DNA of 56,202 nucleotides, filler included, from Sphacelaria rigidula (taxonomy: Eukaryota): NCBI GenBank assembly GCA_964200075.2. It is 4 parts of 4 records of this genome, joined end to end, with 100 filler letters (N's around TTAATTAATTAA, not from the genome) between each part and the next. Parts side by side here need not be neighbours in the genome. Positions count along the whole stretch, not along the records: positions 1 to 13,978 come from CAXNAA020002536.1; positions 14,079 to 28,055 come from CAXNAA020002537.1; 2 more parts are not named here. One strand, 5' to 3'. The notes below the pieces were generated by a model. It ran no database searches, was not told the origin of the DNA, and worked only from the letters and a program-made list of their open reading frames with translations. Position numbers and translations under genes: made by a program. Each line of letters starts with the position of its first letter. Positions within the stretch are counted from its first letter, which is position 1. Of the stretch, positions 13,603 to 26,760 are shown one piece after another.

Positions 13603-13690
13603 CACGTCTCAGTTCGCTGCGGGGTGTGGATGTCACTTCTCAGTATGCTGCGGGGTGCGGATATCACGTCTCAGTATGCTGCGGGATGTG
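13603..13690. repeat. 31-bp tandem repeat, ~3 copies
   Basis: Consensus CACGTCTCAGTATGCTGCGGGGTGTGGATGT repeated about three times. Confidence 0.7.
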
Positions 13691-13978
13691 GTCCAGGCAT
13701 CACGTTTCGCAAGAAGCCCACATTGGTCTGGTCTAGATATGTCAAGTATGACGAAAAATTTCCGCCCTTGTGAGGCTTCGGATTATGTTTCCAGTTAGTA
13801 GGTTTGGCATATCATGATATGCGTATCAGGAGGGGCGGGTGCATTTATCCAGCATCACGACGTACAAATTTCCAGTCAGTGAGACATCTTCGATCCGAGG
13901 ACATCAAGACGGGGTCGCACGGAGAAAAAAAAAGCCTCGGCCGATTGGGGCCCCCTTTCCCGGGGGCGAGCGCCCGCC

Positions 13979-14078
13979 NNNNNNNNNNNNNNNNNNNNNN
14001 NNNNNNNNNNNNNNNNNNNNNNTTAATTAATTAANNNNNNNNNNNNNNNNNNNNNNNNNNNNNNNNNNNNNNNNNNNN
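13979..14078. other. Artificial contig linker (N44-TTAATTAATTAA-N44)
   Basis: 100-bp spacer with a six-frame-stop linker. Confidence 0.97.
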
Positions 14079-16859
14079 ATCGCTTCTCCACTGATGCTCC
14101 CGAGTAGACCTTCGCTGCCGAAAGCTTGGCCAACGATTCCCCCACACTTTTTACCAGCTTCTATCATCCAAGATCCCAAGAAGTCTATGTACCGCTTGAT
14201 GCTCCTTCTCGCAATTCATGTGGTCGGTCATCGGTAAGGTCTTTGTTTCATGGGTGCATTAGGTCTTGGCATTTATGCCATGCATTGTTCATCCCTTCCC
14301 TTCGTTCGGCGCTTTTTGCACCCAATGTCGGCAATTTCTGGACATGGCTGACCAAACTTCCACCGCAAAATGGAATCCGGTAGCGTTTTACGGGTATCGG
14401 CGAGAGCGAGGGGGTCGATATGTGCCGCCAGGGTATGTCTTGACTGATGATGCAGCACGAGAGCCAAACGTGTATTATCCTGACACAATTGGTTTTTATA
14501 TCTACAGAAAAACGAAGAAGGACGGCGTTGAGCTGAGGTGATGATTTTGCAGCACAATTCTGGGCAGCTTCCGTTGCCGCATACTGAGAATGATGGACCT
14601 GGGGAAACGTTTTAGTTTGCATCTAAGGATGGAACATTTGAAGGTTTTGTGGGGAAAGCCGGGAAACTGGTGCTTCCTTCATCACAACAGGAAAAACATC
14701 TGAAAAATAGTTCGTCCACAACGTCTCACGGAGCTAGATCGGACGCAGCTACAACGGCGAGGACCAGGAGCCGACGGGGGGCGAGCATCAGTAATCCAAA
14801 AATCTCAAATAGACGAATTTAAGATTGACGACATATTATAAGGCCACCTGTTATGGCCGGCGAAGGAAAAAAGAGTGCAAGAATGCCTTTTTGGAGGTTA
14901 TGCGTCGTTTCTGTCCTAAATTAAAGCTAGGGGATTCTCACACCTTCGAATGCCTTGCTTTACTCCCTGACACGGTTGCAGCAAACCGGTGCGTTTTAGT
15001 GGTGGGTGCGATGTTTTTCTTGTCCAAAGTTGCTTGTCACGGAGACTGCTCATTTTCCCGGAGACAGGTCAACGCAGAAACCCTTGGGACTTTCAGCGGG
15101 CCTTGACCGGCCTGCAAGAAAGACGAGCAGTCTTCGGCGAAAAATGAAAGTCGGGCCAGAGGAAATCCGGACCCACCCAGGGGCGCACAGCCGTGCTGGG
15201 GCGGTGTGAATGAGTACAGCAGACATTTCAAGGTGTCAAAAGATCCTTAGCTCTCTTGTAGGACCTCAAACGACGCCGAAACTCCAAAAAACAGTTTTCC
15301 AGAATTTTTGGTTTGCCAAAAGAAATGGCCTTACTTGGAAATTGTTGCCCTGGATTCTAATATTTTTCGTCATTTATATATACATACACACATAATTGTC
15401 GGTAGGAAAATTCGGATTTGTTTCTCCCCGTCAAAGTAGGGGAAGTCTTGAAACACAGACCCGTTCATGACGCTCGCGGGTCTTTGAATTTTGGTTGAAA
15501 CGTAAATAGACGCCGTATAATGCCGTGCACGGCATAGTTGACTGACATTCGCGGCTTACAAGGTGGTAATCACCCTTCGGCCACGGAGCGGGATCACCAC
15601 CCTCTTTGTGCAACATACGCGCGCAGTATAGGAGTTAGTGCTGGGCTATGTCATGGGTAGGCGTGCCTACCTCCATCTCCGTGCCTCCCGTGGCCAACCC
15701 CCCGGTCAATCATTTTCCTCCACCGCGCGTTCACGACCGCATGTAGGTGCCGGCGGGAAGCCTCGCAGATACCCACCTAGCTGCCGCGAGGTACTCAGCA
15801 AAAAACCCAACCAAACGCGCGGATGGACTTCAAGGATCGCGGCTCGGATACGGCATCGGGCAAGGCCGGTGACGCCATGACGCACGACAAACTTGTCCCC
15901 AAAAAACTTGTCCAAGCATGCAAACGTTGCCACGACTGGCAAGATCAAATAACTCCTGTGTGGATGTGGCCCTGAAGCGGCGGTGAAGCACACGTGCGAA
16001 CGTAATTGGGCGTCCGCGAAGTTGGGAAGGCTTACCATCTTATTGTGTGTGGGTGCGAAGGGCGATGTAACCCCAGCACTGCCTCATCATCGGGTCCACC
16101 CATGGTAATATTAGGGGCAAGCATAGGAGGCGACATGACTGGGGTGGTGGCGGAAGCGGCGCACCAGTGGGCAGTGGATTCGGAGGTGGACGACGGCGTA
16201 TCATCGGATACATGTTCTGATTACAGCGGTGACAGCGACGGGGACGTGATAGACCGCTACCTGGTACGCCCCTATATCAGCGTTGATGTAAATGTCAGGT
16301 GAAGAGAGCTGGGAGGGAAGGGGAGGGGAGGGGGGGTGGCAGATGGCTGTTCTTTTGCACAAGTCACGTGCGATAAGTGAGGGGAGTCGCTGTCGTGCGC
16401 ACGTGACAAATTCCGGTACAATAAATGGAGAGCATTTGTGACGTCCGCAATATGCTTCACGCGCGATGATGTTGCTAAATGTTTTGCTCTTCCTCATTTG
16501 GTAGCACCGGAATTTTAAAGACGACTATACTGGTGGTGATTTTTTCTCGGTGCAGATGCCCGGACTTCCTCCATTACGAGATCGCCCTGAAAAGGATTCC
16601 TGATCGGGTTTGATCATATTTGTCCTCAGTAGACAGGGGACTCCGAAGCTGGTATTTTGGGATGAGAACACGCCAAAAGTTCAGGCGTGAGGGGAGGGAG
16701 AAAACAAAAAATCCTGGCGCGACCGACTACAGTACTCGGCGTGGCGACACCATTCCTCTTGTCGTGCTGTCCTCAGATGTAAACCGATCAGACGCGCCAG
16801 CTGCACGACTCACACTCATTCTATCCTCCGCCTGTAACACCCATGTTCACTGCGCCGAC

Positions 16860-17600
16860 CACGTTGGGCATCAGGTGCTCGCCGATGCGCCGATGATCGC
16901 GAGGCGGGGGGCGAAGAATGCCACGAGTAACGCCGGGGATGACGCAGGAGGACGAGGCTACGAGAGTTGAAGGATGGGTTAATAAAGTTGTGGATGGTAG
17001 TTGACGCCAGATATTATATTATATCACTAAACGCCCGTTGCCCTCATGGCAGCGCCGTTGGTTCATGCCTTGGGAGGGGTGCTTCAACGTCGGGTGTTGG
17101 TTTTGGCAGTGTGGGGAAAAAGAGGACTGTGAAGCGAATCCGACTACTTGTTCAGGATGCTGGAGGGGCTTCATTACTTGTTCAGGATGCGGGAGGTGAG
17201 TGGGAACGGTTGGAGAGGTGATGGGGAAAGGAATCCGGAGTTTTGACAGTAGCGCAAAGAGTTACACAATCGACAGTGGGCGTCTTGACTGTTTTGCGTA
17301 AAACGGAGATATGCTTCGGCAATGCACTGCATTTCCCCGGAGATCTTTGTTCGGGGAAAGACACTGCGGCGGGGCGCCCGCGATGCCGTGAATTAGGCCA
17401 TTGCAACATGGGTTTCAATGCGATGATCGGAGCCTCTGTAGCAAACGCACCTCGCCACTTGAAAAGTGAGCGCAAGTCCTACGGCTTTCTCGGAACCGCA
17501 GTTGCTGGTGAGTCGCGGGGCACGATGCATATCGCGCAATACTTTGGCCGCGGGCAGCATCATGACGGCGGCACGGCAGAAACAAATTGATAAATCGGCA
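16860..17600 (+). pseudogene. Probable decayed DDE transposase relic (piggyBac-like)
   Basis: Frameshifted peptides in the expected order: VLADAPMIARRG (cf. vDEsMi.f.G), IKLWMVVDARYYII (cf. GIK.wml.Da.t.Y), ASVA...L...YGFLGT. Resemblance judged by eye only. Confidence 0.3.
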
Positions 17601-20600
17601 TCTTATCATTTGCGGGCAACACTGGTACTGAAACGCCTTGGGTTGCAATCTCGTCACAAGCTTATCGATGTTTCCACCTGCGTTCGTACACGTATTGGGT
17701 GTGGTCTTTGTTTCCCAATATTTCCCTTGAGCCTTTGTGGTCATTTTTTTCTTGTTAATCCGCTCTTCTCTTTCTGTTTTTGGTGTCACTACTTTCATTA
17801 TTTTCACTGAAACAAGTTATTCGTGCTTACACTCTCCCTTCCTCTCCTTTCCCACCACCCTTTTTACTGTTTGGTTTGTCTCTTGCTATGTTCAGTTTAC
17901 TCTGTTTGTTGTATGATAATTTTTTCTCCCCGTTTTCTTTGCTGCCTCCCTTTATCGAGTTTCCTCTAGCATGTCAATCCGTTCGGCGAAACTTTGGTAC
18001 GTCTGTCTCGCGACCCACGGCTGGAATCCTCGAGGGTCCCTTAATGTGCGACAACCAATCCATCAATCAGTAGGCTGGCGCAGTCGGCAACGACACGATG
18101 TATGGTCCTTGATAGGTACTGGACGGACCCCCATTGAAGAGCGCACTGCGAGAAATTTCAGACGCACGCATGTGGTCGCTCATTGTCATCAAATTGAAAT
18201 CGAGGTGTTGGAATACAGTGTTGGCGTCCGAAACGTCAGTACAACCACACCAAAAACAACTTTGTTTCCAGCATTCCCTGCAGCAGAGTTCGTCACTAGA
18301 CAAGGGGAGCTCGCTGGCGACGTTGCCGTATCTTTGGCGGCTACCGGAGATCAGTAGCTTGGTGAAACGTCAATCAAACCTGTTGATACTGAGCTCTGAA
18401 ACAATTGACCCATTGCAGTGTCTTGGGCAATTAAGACAAAAAACTGCGTTGACATCAAGGCGTCAGCTTTGCATCAGTCAAAAGTCGTGAGTTCGTACAC
18501 GTCAAAAATTCATGGGGCCATCAATTGCCGGGGGTGGGGTGTTCAAGGCCCTCCGAATTACCGCCGGGCCCCTGTTGTTTAACGGTACAGCTGACATTAT
18601 TACGGGAGGGGGTGGGGGGGGGATGCGGCTTCGATTCTCACCAGGTGCGCTTGGATTGGCGTTTTTTAGAAGTGTCTGGTTTCCGTCGTTGAAAGCGTGA
18701 GGACGTGAATGGTAAAAATGGTGTGTTCGCCGGAGGTTATTAGATGACAGTCAACGCGGTGCGTGCGTGCTGATCCCATCCGCGATACCAGATTGTAAGG
18801 CGTGTAACGAGGGAGAGCTGGCTTGATTCTGTGAGGCCACGGACGCTTTCCGAGTCGTTACATATTTACACTCCACCTATGGACTCGTTCGAACGACTGG
18901 GTAGCAGCAATCTCACACACACCGGCTTTCATGACAATCCCCTGCTTGCCCTTCCATCCCGTCCCATTGCTGTCTGCGTGACCCCTTGCGGGATTCGTAG
19001 ATCGCCCGTCTTTTACCCCCTACGCGTACACCATGTACAGTACGACAGCTGTGTGGTGTTGTCATGTTATGTTCTTCGAACGAGGTTGGGCACTCAGCCG
19101 AGGACGCGTGCGGGAAACGTGATGGGCGAGGGCTCGACGTGCTGAACGAACGCGCGATAGATACACTCGCGGCATCAAAGCTACGAGCCGCACACGTGGT
19201 TCTACTATGGCCTCTCAGATGCAGGCGATAGACAATTCGGACATCGCCCGAAGACGAAATACGAGTGTGGTAGCTCAAGACCGCGATTTTACATATTGCA
19301 AGTCAGCAATAGCCTTGGAACTCCAATTTCACGTGGAAACGGTTGTGTATTCTTCAGGCTGTTTGATGAAGAAGCACGGTTCTCCGTAGTCGCCGTTGAA
19401 AGTTCTTCGGTACCACCATAGTTGCCATGTGGTCAAGCTGGGAATGAGACTCCCAGTCGGGCGATTGCGAATATGTGCACTAGATGGTGCTCGCCTCTTT
19501 CCACTTCATTACAGGTGATTTTTGTCCCTACCGCAGACCGGAGATGTGAAGGAAAAGAAGGCCCGGGAAGGTTGCCACAGTTATTTGTTGACGCGTAGTA
19601 TGAAGAGGCGACGATGCTTTATATCCCTCACACTCTCGATGGACGTTCACATCTACCGCAATGGCATCCCTACTGTACACTCACCGCATCACGCCCCGGG
19701 CCCCAGCGACCACTGGAGCAGCGTCCCCACCCCCCCGGAAAGCACCCGGAGAAGCAAATACCTCGGCACTGGCGTCAATGCTCCTCGTTCCATGTGCGGT
19801 GTGTGGTCTTACTGTACGAGTGGCGGTGTCGGCAGATTTAGTTACCACACCGCTCCAGCGTTGCCCTGGACCCGTAGGGGCGTCTGCATTGTAAGCATCA
19901 GTCCGTGTCGATGCCGACATGATGAGAATGGCAACGGAAACAATTGCGTTTGCGACATTCGACGACATGACGATGATTCAAGGATATAGGCGGAAACGGT
20001 AATATTGGGGAGCGAGTACCGGACAGGCCACTGACAAAGTTCACTTCAGACACTGGAAAGCTGTTATTTTATTGCGGGGAATTTATACTTCGCGTAAAAT
20101 GAAACACGCCTTGTTAACACAGCAACGGGCGAGAAAATATTGTTATATTCAAAAGTACGGCTGGTGAACGCTATGGCACAGGAGTACAATATCACAAACG
20201 GGGGTCCTGTCTTTGAGTTCATGATGTTGGGGCCTTCTCGCCTTTTCGAACTCGGCAGGAAATTTGCAGACCCAACTCAAGTTCAACCAGCTAGTGATCG
20301 AGAACACTACAGTCAAAGAGTGAGCGACCCAAGACTCTCAACTAAAGCAACTGGTGGCTCGGTGATGTATATACGGGGAAATAAGTCAGAGCTCGGACAC
20401 ACATGAGCACTCGGCACACCAGAGTCGAGTAGCATTGTGACTCGGTGATGAAGGGTGTCGATCTTCATCCCAACCAACAACTAATCCAAGCATTATGATG
20501 AGCACTCAGTTTCCCCAATCGAGTAATGTGTTCATCATACAGGACTTGTAGTTAGGATTTGGTACACTGTATTAATATTCACTTAGTAGCGGTTCCATGC

Positions 20601-21457
20601 TTGTCAACTGTACTACTCTGAACCCAGGTAGTAATGTTCCCCTCCCCTTCCCTCCTCATCTTCCGGTTTTTGAAGGGAAAATGGATTCCAAGGCCACGGT
20701 TAATGAGCGCGTAACCACGGGAATTGAATACCTTCTCCCCTATGTGCCTCGCTGCTCGAGGGTCGGTCTGGTGTGCCTCGCGCGAGGCTTGAACTACCAA
20801 CGACGGCGGATAACCCTGCCCCGCCACCGGGCTCGGCACCAGCCTTCGACTGCGCACTGTGATCGCGGGCATTCCAGCCTCGCATAGCTCCCGCCCAGAA
20901 TGCGGTAGAAGTCTTGCGGCGGAGGTGCCTACAGCACAGTTGCAACATTGCACGCGTACGACATGACAAAACAAGTCCTCCCTGTTCCAGACGTTTGATC
21001 CAAAACACGCCATATTCTACATGAACAGGTGTTTCAACAACGCTCGGGAATTTTGTTCTGAAGTTGCTGCATACGTTCGAGAAAGTTGTTCTAGGCTAGT
21101 GGGGTGACTGCATACGCTTGGGAGATTTGTTCTCAGGGGAATCATCACTTTCAGTTGACCCTAGCACATTTTGCACATTTCCAGGTACAGCTCCTTACCA
21201 TCATAAACCACCCTGAAAATTGCCCCCCCTTCATCGTAGGATTACTCTGTGGAGATTTTCACCAGTTCGGCAGAGTCGTTGAGCTTAATTCATATTCGGA
21301 GTACAGTGAGCTCGAAGGTGGTGAACAAAAAGGCAACAAGATTTTACTTGCAGTCGAGGGAAAGGAATTATGTTGCAGGTTGAAGATACAGCGGAAGCGC
21401 TTTGGTATGTGCGGGGAACCAACCATGAATGCTTCGTATCCCTTTGGGGGCGGTTTA

Positions 21458-21878
21458 TGTTGGCATAGAGCTGTACCTGAAATTGTGCTAAATGTGCTAA
21501 AACATGGCTATTTTCTCTTGTTCTAATCTGGCAGATATGTAACAACCTTCAGACACTCTCATCTGCTTCGACGCTGCCCTGCTCGATCCCTTGAAACATA
21601 ACAGGGGTGCCCTGTGTGGTTCGAAACTGTAGACGCAACGGTTCAGAGTCAGAAATTGTATTGATGGCGGTGTTGGCATAGAGCTGTACCTGAAATTGTG
21701 CAAAAGGTGCTAAAACATGGCTATTTTCTCTTGTTCTAATCTGGCAGATATCTAACAACCTTCACACTCTCATCTGCTTCGACGCTGCCCTGCTCGATCC
21801 CTTGAACAGAACAGGGGTGCCCTGTGTGGTTCGAAACTGTAGACGCAACGGTTCAGAGTCAGAAATTGTATTGATGGC
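21458..21878. repeat. Recent ~210-bp tandem duplication
   Basis: 21458-21669 and 21671-21878 are near-identical (TGTTGGCATAGAGCTGTACC...GAAATTGTATTGATGGCG). Confidence 0.9.
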
Positions 21879-24800
21879 GAACACAATTGTGCCAAACCTG
21901 GCACGTGCGCACGCTCAAAGAAAACTACATGGTTCTTCCGAATGCCAACATACATGCACACGTGTGCCGCTCTGCATTTCTGCCTCCCTTATTTCTTCCG
22001 CATATGGGATGGCAATTACTGACGGGTTTTATTCTTTATACCTTTCATCCATTTTCGGAGAATTTGGAACCTGCGAAATAAAGACAACTACAGTACAAAA
22101 AAATCAAGGGTAAATTTTGCCTGTAATTAGTCTGTCTGAAATTGATTTATTCCTTGACATGGTTAAGAAAATCTGCTGTTACATTTTTTGGGGAGGTTTT
22201 TTTTTTTCCCGATAAATCCTCAAACAAAATAGCCCCATTAATGAGGCTACACGCGCATTTTGACCCTTCGACCACCGCCCCCTCTCAGATTTCCTGGTGT
22301 TGCTGAGACGAGCATTGAGGCTCAGAATTATTTCTCTTTCAAACGACAAGACACATGTTCGCGGACGAAAGGGATGGTGACCGGAAGCACGTGTACTGCA
22401 GCACATGGACTCAGGATCAGATGCGCTGAGTGCTGTGCAGTGCCACTGGTTGTTCGGTACGCAGTAGAGCACTAGTTATAAGGGGTATCGGGGGAAAGTA
22501 GTGTCGGGGGAAAGTAGTGTCAGCGGGTACGATGCCATTGGACATGGTATCCGTCAGTCGTATGCTTGTGATGAGAGGCGCTGAGCCCCTCACCCTATCG
22601 AAGCATTAGAACAGGGTTGGCGAGGAACATCGACAAGGTTTGGTGCGGAACGGCTTCAGGCTAAGCCCCGCAAAACTCCTCCTGTGAGGTCGTAGTGGAG
22701 TGTTGAGCGTTTGCATTCATTCCCATGGACTACTCGGCGCAGATCTCGTGACAACACTAGAAAAGGTATGTGTTTCAACTACTGCTGCAGAGAGCATCTC
22801 GTTCATCTTCAAACAGTTGTGGGAGTGAATGAGAGCCATAACGACCACAAACATCAGTGCAAAAAAAAAAACGGAGGAATATTGAACACGTCATCAGCTG
22901 TTCCGAGTTGTTTCGAATAGGACACACGCTTTGTCCCCAATTAACTTGGTTTTAGAGTACGACAACCGCAGCACTTTCATCACGTTTTTCTCGGCAGAGG
23001 AAGCAAGCCGGCTCGTGACACCTTATCGCCCCCCGCACAAACGGTAGGGAATCATGAAATAACTCTGCTCAGATCGCCACGGCGGACCCCCCTCCAGAAA
23101 AGAAATTCAGCAAAAAACAGCATTTTTCGATATAGTGTGGTTTCGTGCAGCCTGTGTGGAACGCGTCAAGGGGGAAAAAAATATGGTTCACTAGTTCGAG
23201 TGTGTGGCAAGCGCACGCAAGAAACCGCAGTCCAATCTTCGTGGTTGCCGAGAAATCCGCGTTAAATGACTGGCAATTTTGGGTTGGGGACCGTCAGCAT
23301 CTTGACGGTACTAGCAGAAGGCCAGGGAAACGTTTCCTGCTGCTGGTGTGGTTTGAAGCGGTCACTACTACTGCTGCTGATGGTATTGATGTCTCGTGAT
23401 TTTCACAAGGTAGTGAACATGCTGTGGTAGCTTGTGGGAGTACGCTCCTCGAGTGCTACGGCAACACAACAGCAGTAGTACCCTCGTGCAACAAAAGGGG
23501 CACAACGGCAGCAGGAGCAGCAGTTTCTATCCTCCTGTTGCTATATCCCTGTGCACTGATGTACAGCAACGTTAGTCACAGGGTTGATTTTGTATTAGCC
23601 AGGTCGTTATTGGAGGTGACGCGTGTATTGTGACTGGTATTGATCGGCTCGTTTAGGCTTGATTTCTTCTGTAGACAGGTGTCGATGCACACTTTCCCGA
23701 AATGTGGTGCCCAAACTCGGCTCTCATTCACCCCCATAACAGTGTTCCCAGGCATTTACACATCCTGCCTGTAACACCAGTATGTAATATAAGGCAACGT
23801 GTAATGTAATGTAGCTCCTCGTTGTGATGCATCTGATTGGTCAGACGAACCCGTTTCCGTGGCTTAACGCGAAAGTTCACTTTTTTCGCCTGAGCAAAAT
23901 GTTTTTGGAAAAATAAATGATTGCAGTTGTAAGCTCCTCCGTTGACGTACAAACCCTGCTCTAAGAACCCCTGGGTACCCCGGGATTGTCAGACGGTGAA
24001 GCAATAATGGCTGACGCTCTAGATCATTGATATCATTCGGTTACCGTCCGAAACTACAGTAGCAGTTCCAGAAGTTCTACAAGTATCGGTTAATCCGTCT
24101 TCATGCAGTCACCTGTATTTTCTGTGACACATCGTGTATCCCTGCTACAAAAGATAATTATTTGACCAAAATGAGATGTCACGAGAGCACCACAAATCAG
24201 GCGAGAGGCGTATTTGACAGGGGGTACAACAAAGTTTCCATTAGGCCACTTCTCATTTGTCAAAAGAAATATCCTGTTGACGAGTGAATTATCAGTGAAT
24301 CTTCGGGGGGTTCACAGTCACAAGCGCTAGGCGCAGCACGCGTTTCGCCCCAAATAGGCCATTGACCGGCGGGTTATAGCTGTTTCAGCACACAATTGGT
24401 CTGGGGTACCCTCGGCGTCCCTTTCGCCTGAGGTTTCGTAGTCCGCTTTGGGTCGGGGTGTGGGCTAGGGTAAGCCTTGGCTTCGACAAAAATGAAGCAT
24501 ATGTAACAACGCGAATCGGCGACGAACTGGTGAAAAATAGCCTCATTACAACTGTACCATAACTGAACGGTCACAACATGGACGGCGACCACAGCACCAC
24601 ATACAGAATATTGCAACTAGATGTCATTTTCTTCATATGAACGTGTTCTGTTCTGTGATTTCTCACAATACTTTTGTCGCATCGAGGTAGGCACGCGCAC
24701 ATGTATGGGACAATTGTGTTCGACGTCTGCCCAACAAGAGAGACAAATACAACAAGGACCAAGAGAATGACGTTTGCATTTCCCCCCGTGCCCCGTCGGT

Positions 24801-25244
24801 GCCCCCTTCACGTTTGAGAAAATTGCTCCAAACTGGCAGATATCTGCCGATGTTTAGAAAAGTGGTTTTCCAGTAGCAGATAGGATCAACCGTTGGGGAA
24901 CGTTGTTCGAACCCTCTTGGAACCTTTCCCTCCCATCCCCGGCTTAGGCCCCCAATTATTTGAAGGTTTGAGGGAGAAAGCCAGATGGAGACAAAGAAGA
25001 CTGAGCGCAGCCATGGTTGCTGAGGAAACGCGAAGAGCGAATGTACAACCATATGCCACGCACATACTGAACGATAAACTCGGTGTGGTCGCGTTTATTT
25101 CGTCCAATACAAGAAGGTTCGGACGATTAACGTAGTGTTTTGTCCCATCCATATTTCACGTTTGCTCAAATCAATCACACGATTCGTGAACAAATTGTGA
25201 TTTGTAAATGTTTTAGGGTGATGTGTGATATTTCTTTTCAGGCT

Positions 25245-25420
25245 CTGAACCCTTTCCCTTTCCCGGGACGAGTCCGTGGTCTCAAGGGGTCGACCCATAT
25301 CTCCTCTGGTACACACCTTGCACTTTTTGCTCCGGCGAATTCGGTCAGCACTCCCGTACTGCGTCAACTCCCGCCAAGCAAACTCAGTCACCAACTCTTT
25401 GTCTACTCACGTCGTCACGC
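25245..25420 (-). mobile_element. Interspersed repeat (SINE-like family B)
   Basis: GAACCC...GGGACGA-TCCGTGGTCT...ACCCAT-TC...TACAC-CCTTGCA...CAGCACTCCCG...TACTCAC is shared with 32318-32510 and 41620-41860. Confidence 0.55.
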
Positions 25421-25957
25421 ATGAAATATACATATTCCCCTCGAAGGTACATGATTCCTATCGTGATTTATATGCATGAACCACATACATGTTTCCCGCC
25501 CTCTGAACCATGCTACATAAGCCGTAGGTGCATGTTTCCTGCCTTCCATTCATTTGGCATGAATCATCGGTACATGTTCCCCACCGTTCATACGTGCGGT
25601 ATGAATCATACGGCATTGATCACGCGCACATATTCCCCACCTTTCATTCATGAGTATGAATCAAACCGGCATTTTTACTCAGGCATCATCTGTGCAACGA
25701 AACAAACGCACGTGATCCCGGCCACCATTTTATACGCCAGAGCCCTTTATTTTGGTGCATATTCCGCAACTGCCGTTCATGAGGCAAGATTCTTCGGTAC
25801 CCTCTGCCCACCCGTCTGTTCGTGCAGTACAACTTTTGCGCATTATGACAACTCCAACCTGTCACTGATCATGACATATATATATATATAAATATATATA
25901 TATCGTACTTGTCTGCACGAGACAGGCTTGTTCGACCATTCGGGACGAATATATCAT

Positions 25958-26107
25958 ATTAACTCATTGACCATCAGGGGAGGCTGTATGATGAATTGAG
26001 AACTTTTTACTTGAAATATGAATCCAACACCCAGATGACCCACATTGGCGATCACGGGTTAACCCTTTAACCGCCAGGGGGGATCAGTTGGGCAGCCAAA
26101 GGGTTAG
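25958..26107. mobile_element. TTAA-type MITE copy plus a miniature ~45-bp derivative
   Basis: TTAAC...TTTTTACTTGAAAT...CAGATGACCCAC...GGGTTAA, sharing its TTAA with CCCTTT...AAAGGGTTA. Confidence 0.45.
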
Positions 26108-26254
26108 AGCACGGAAACTATGGAACATCAATCATGCGGAGAGGACATGCTTGGATTTTTGCGCGAATCAAATCGTACGATTCCTATGAGAACGGAGATT
26201 CGTTTGCTACCAGTGATTCATATGGCATAAATCGATAGTAAATCTCACCTGCAA

Positions 26255-26760
26255 TTTATACGGCATGAGCCATGCATACATGCTCCCCACCTAGCACTTA
26301 TAAGGCATGAATCACATGTACATGTTTTCCATATGCCATTCTCACGACACAAATCATACGTAGATGTTTCTCATCTGTCATCCATACGGCATGAATTAAA
26401 CGCGTTTGTTCCACATCTGATATTCGTACGGCATGCATCCTATGTTTCCCATCTGTCATCCATACGGCATGAACTATATGCCCTTGTTTCCCACCTGCTA
26501 TTCGTACGGCATGCATCCTATGTTTCCCATCTATCATCCATATGGCATGAATCATACGTACGTGTTTCCCATATGCTATTCTTACGACACGAAACATACG
26601 TAGATGTTGCCCATCTGTCATCCATACGGCATGAATCATACGCAATTGTTCCCCACCTGCTATTCGTACGGCATGCATCCTATGCACATGTTCATCACAT
26701 ACCATTTACACGGCATGAATCATACGTGAATATTTCCCACCCGCAATTCGTGCGGAGTGA
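26255..26760. repeat. 42/36-bp minisatellite (~12 units)
   Basis: Consensus GGCATGAATCATACGTAGATGTTTCCCATCTGTCATCCATAC. A more decayed array of the same type lies at 25420-25680. Confidence 0.85.
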
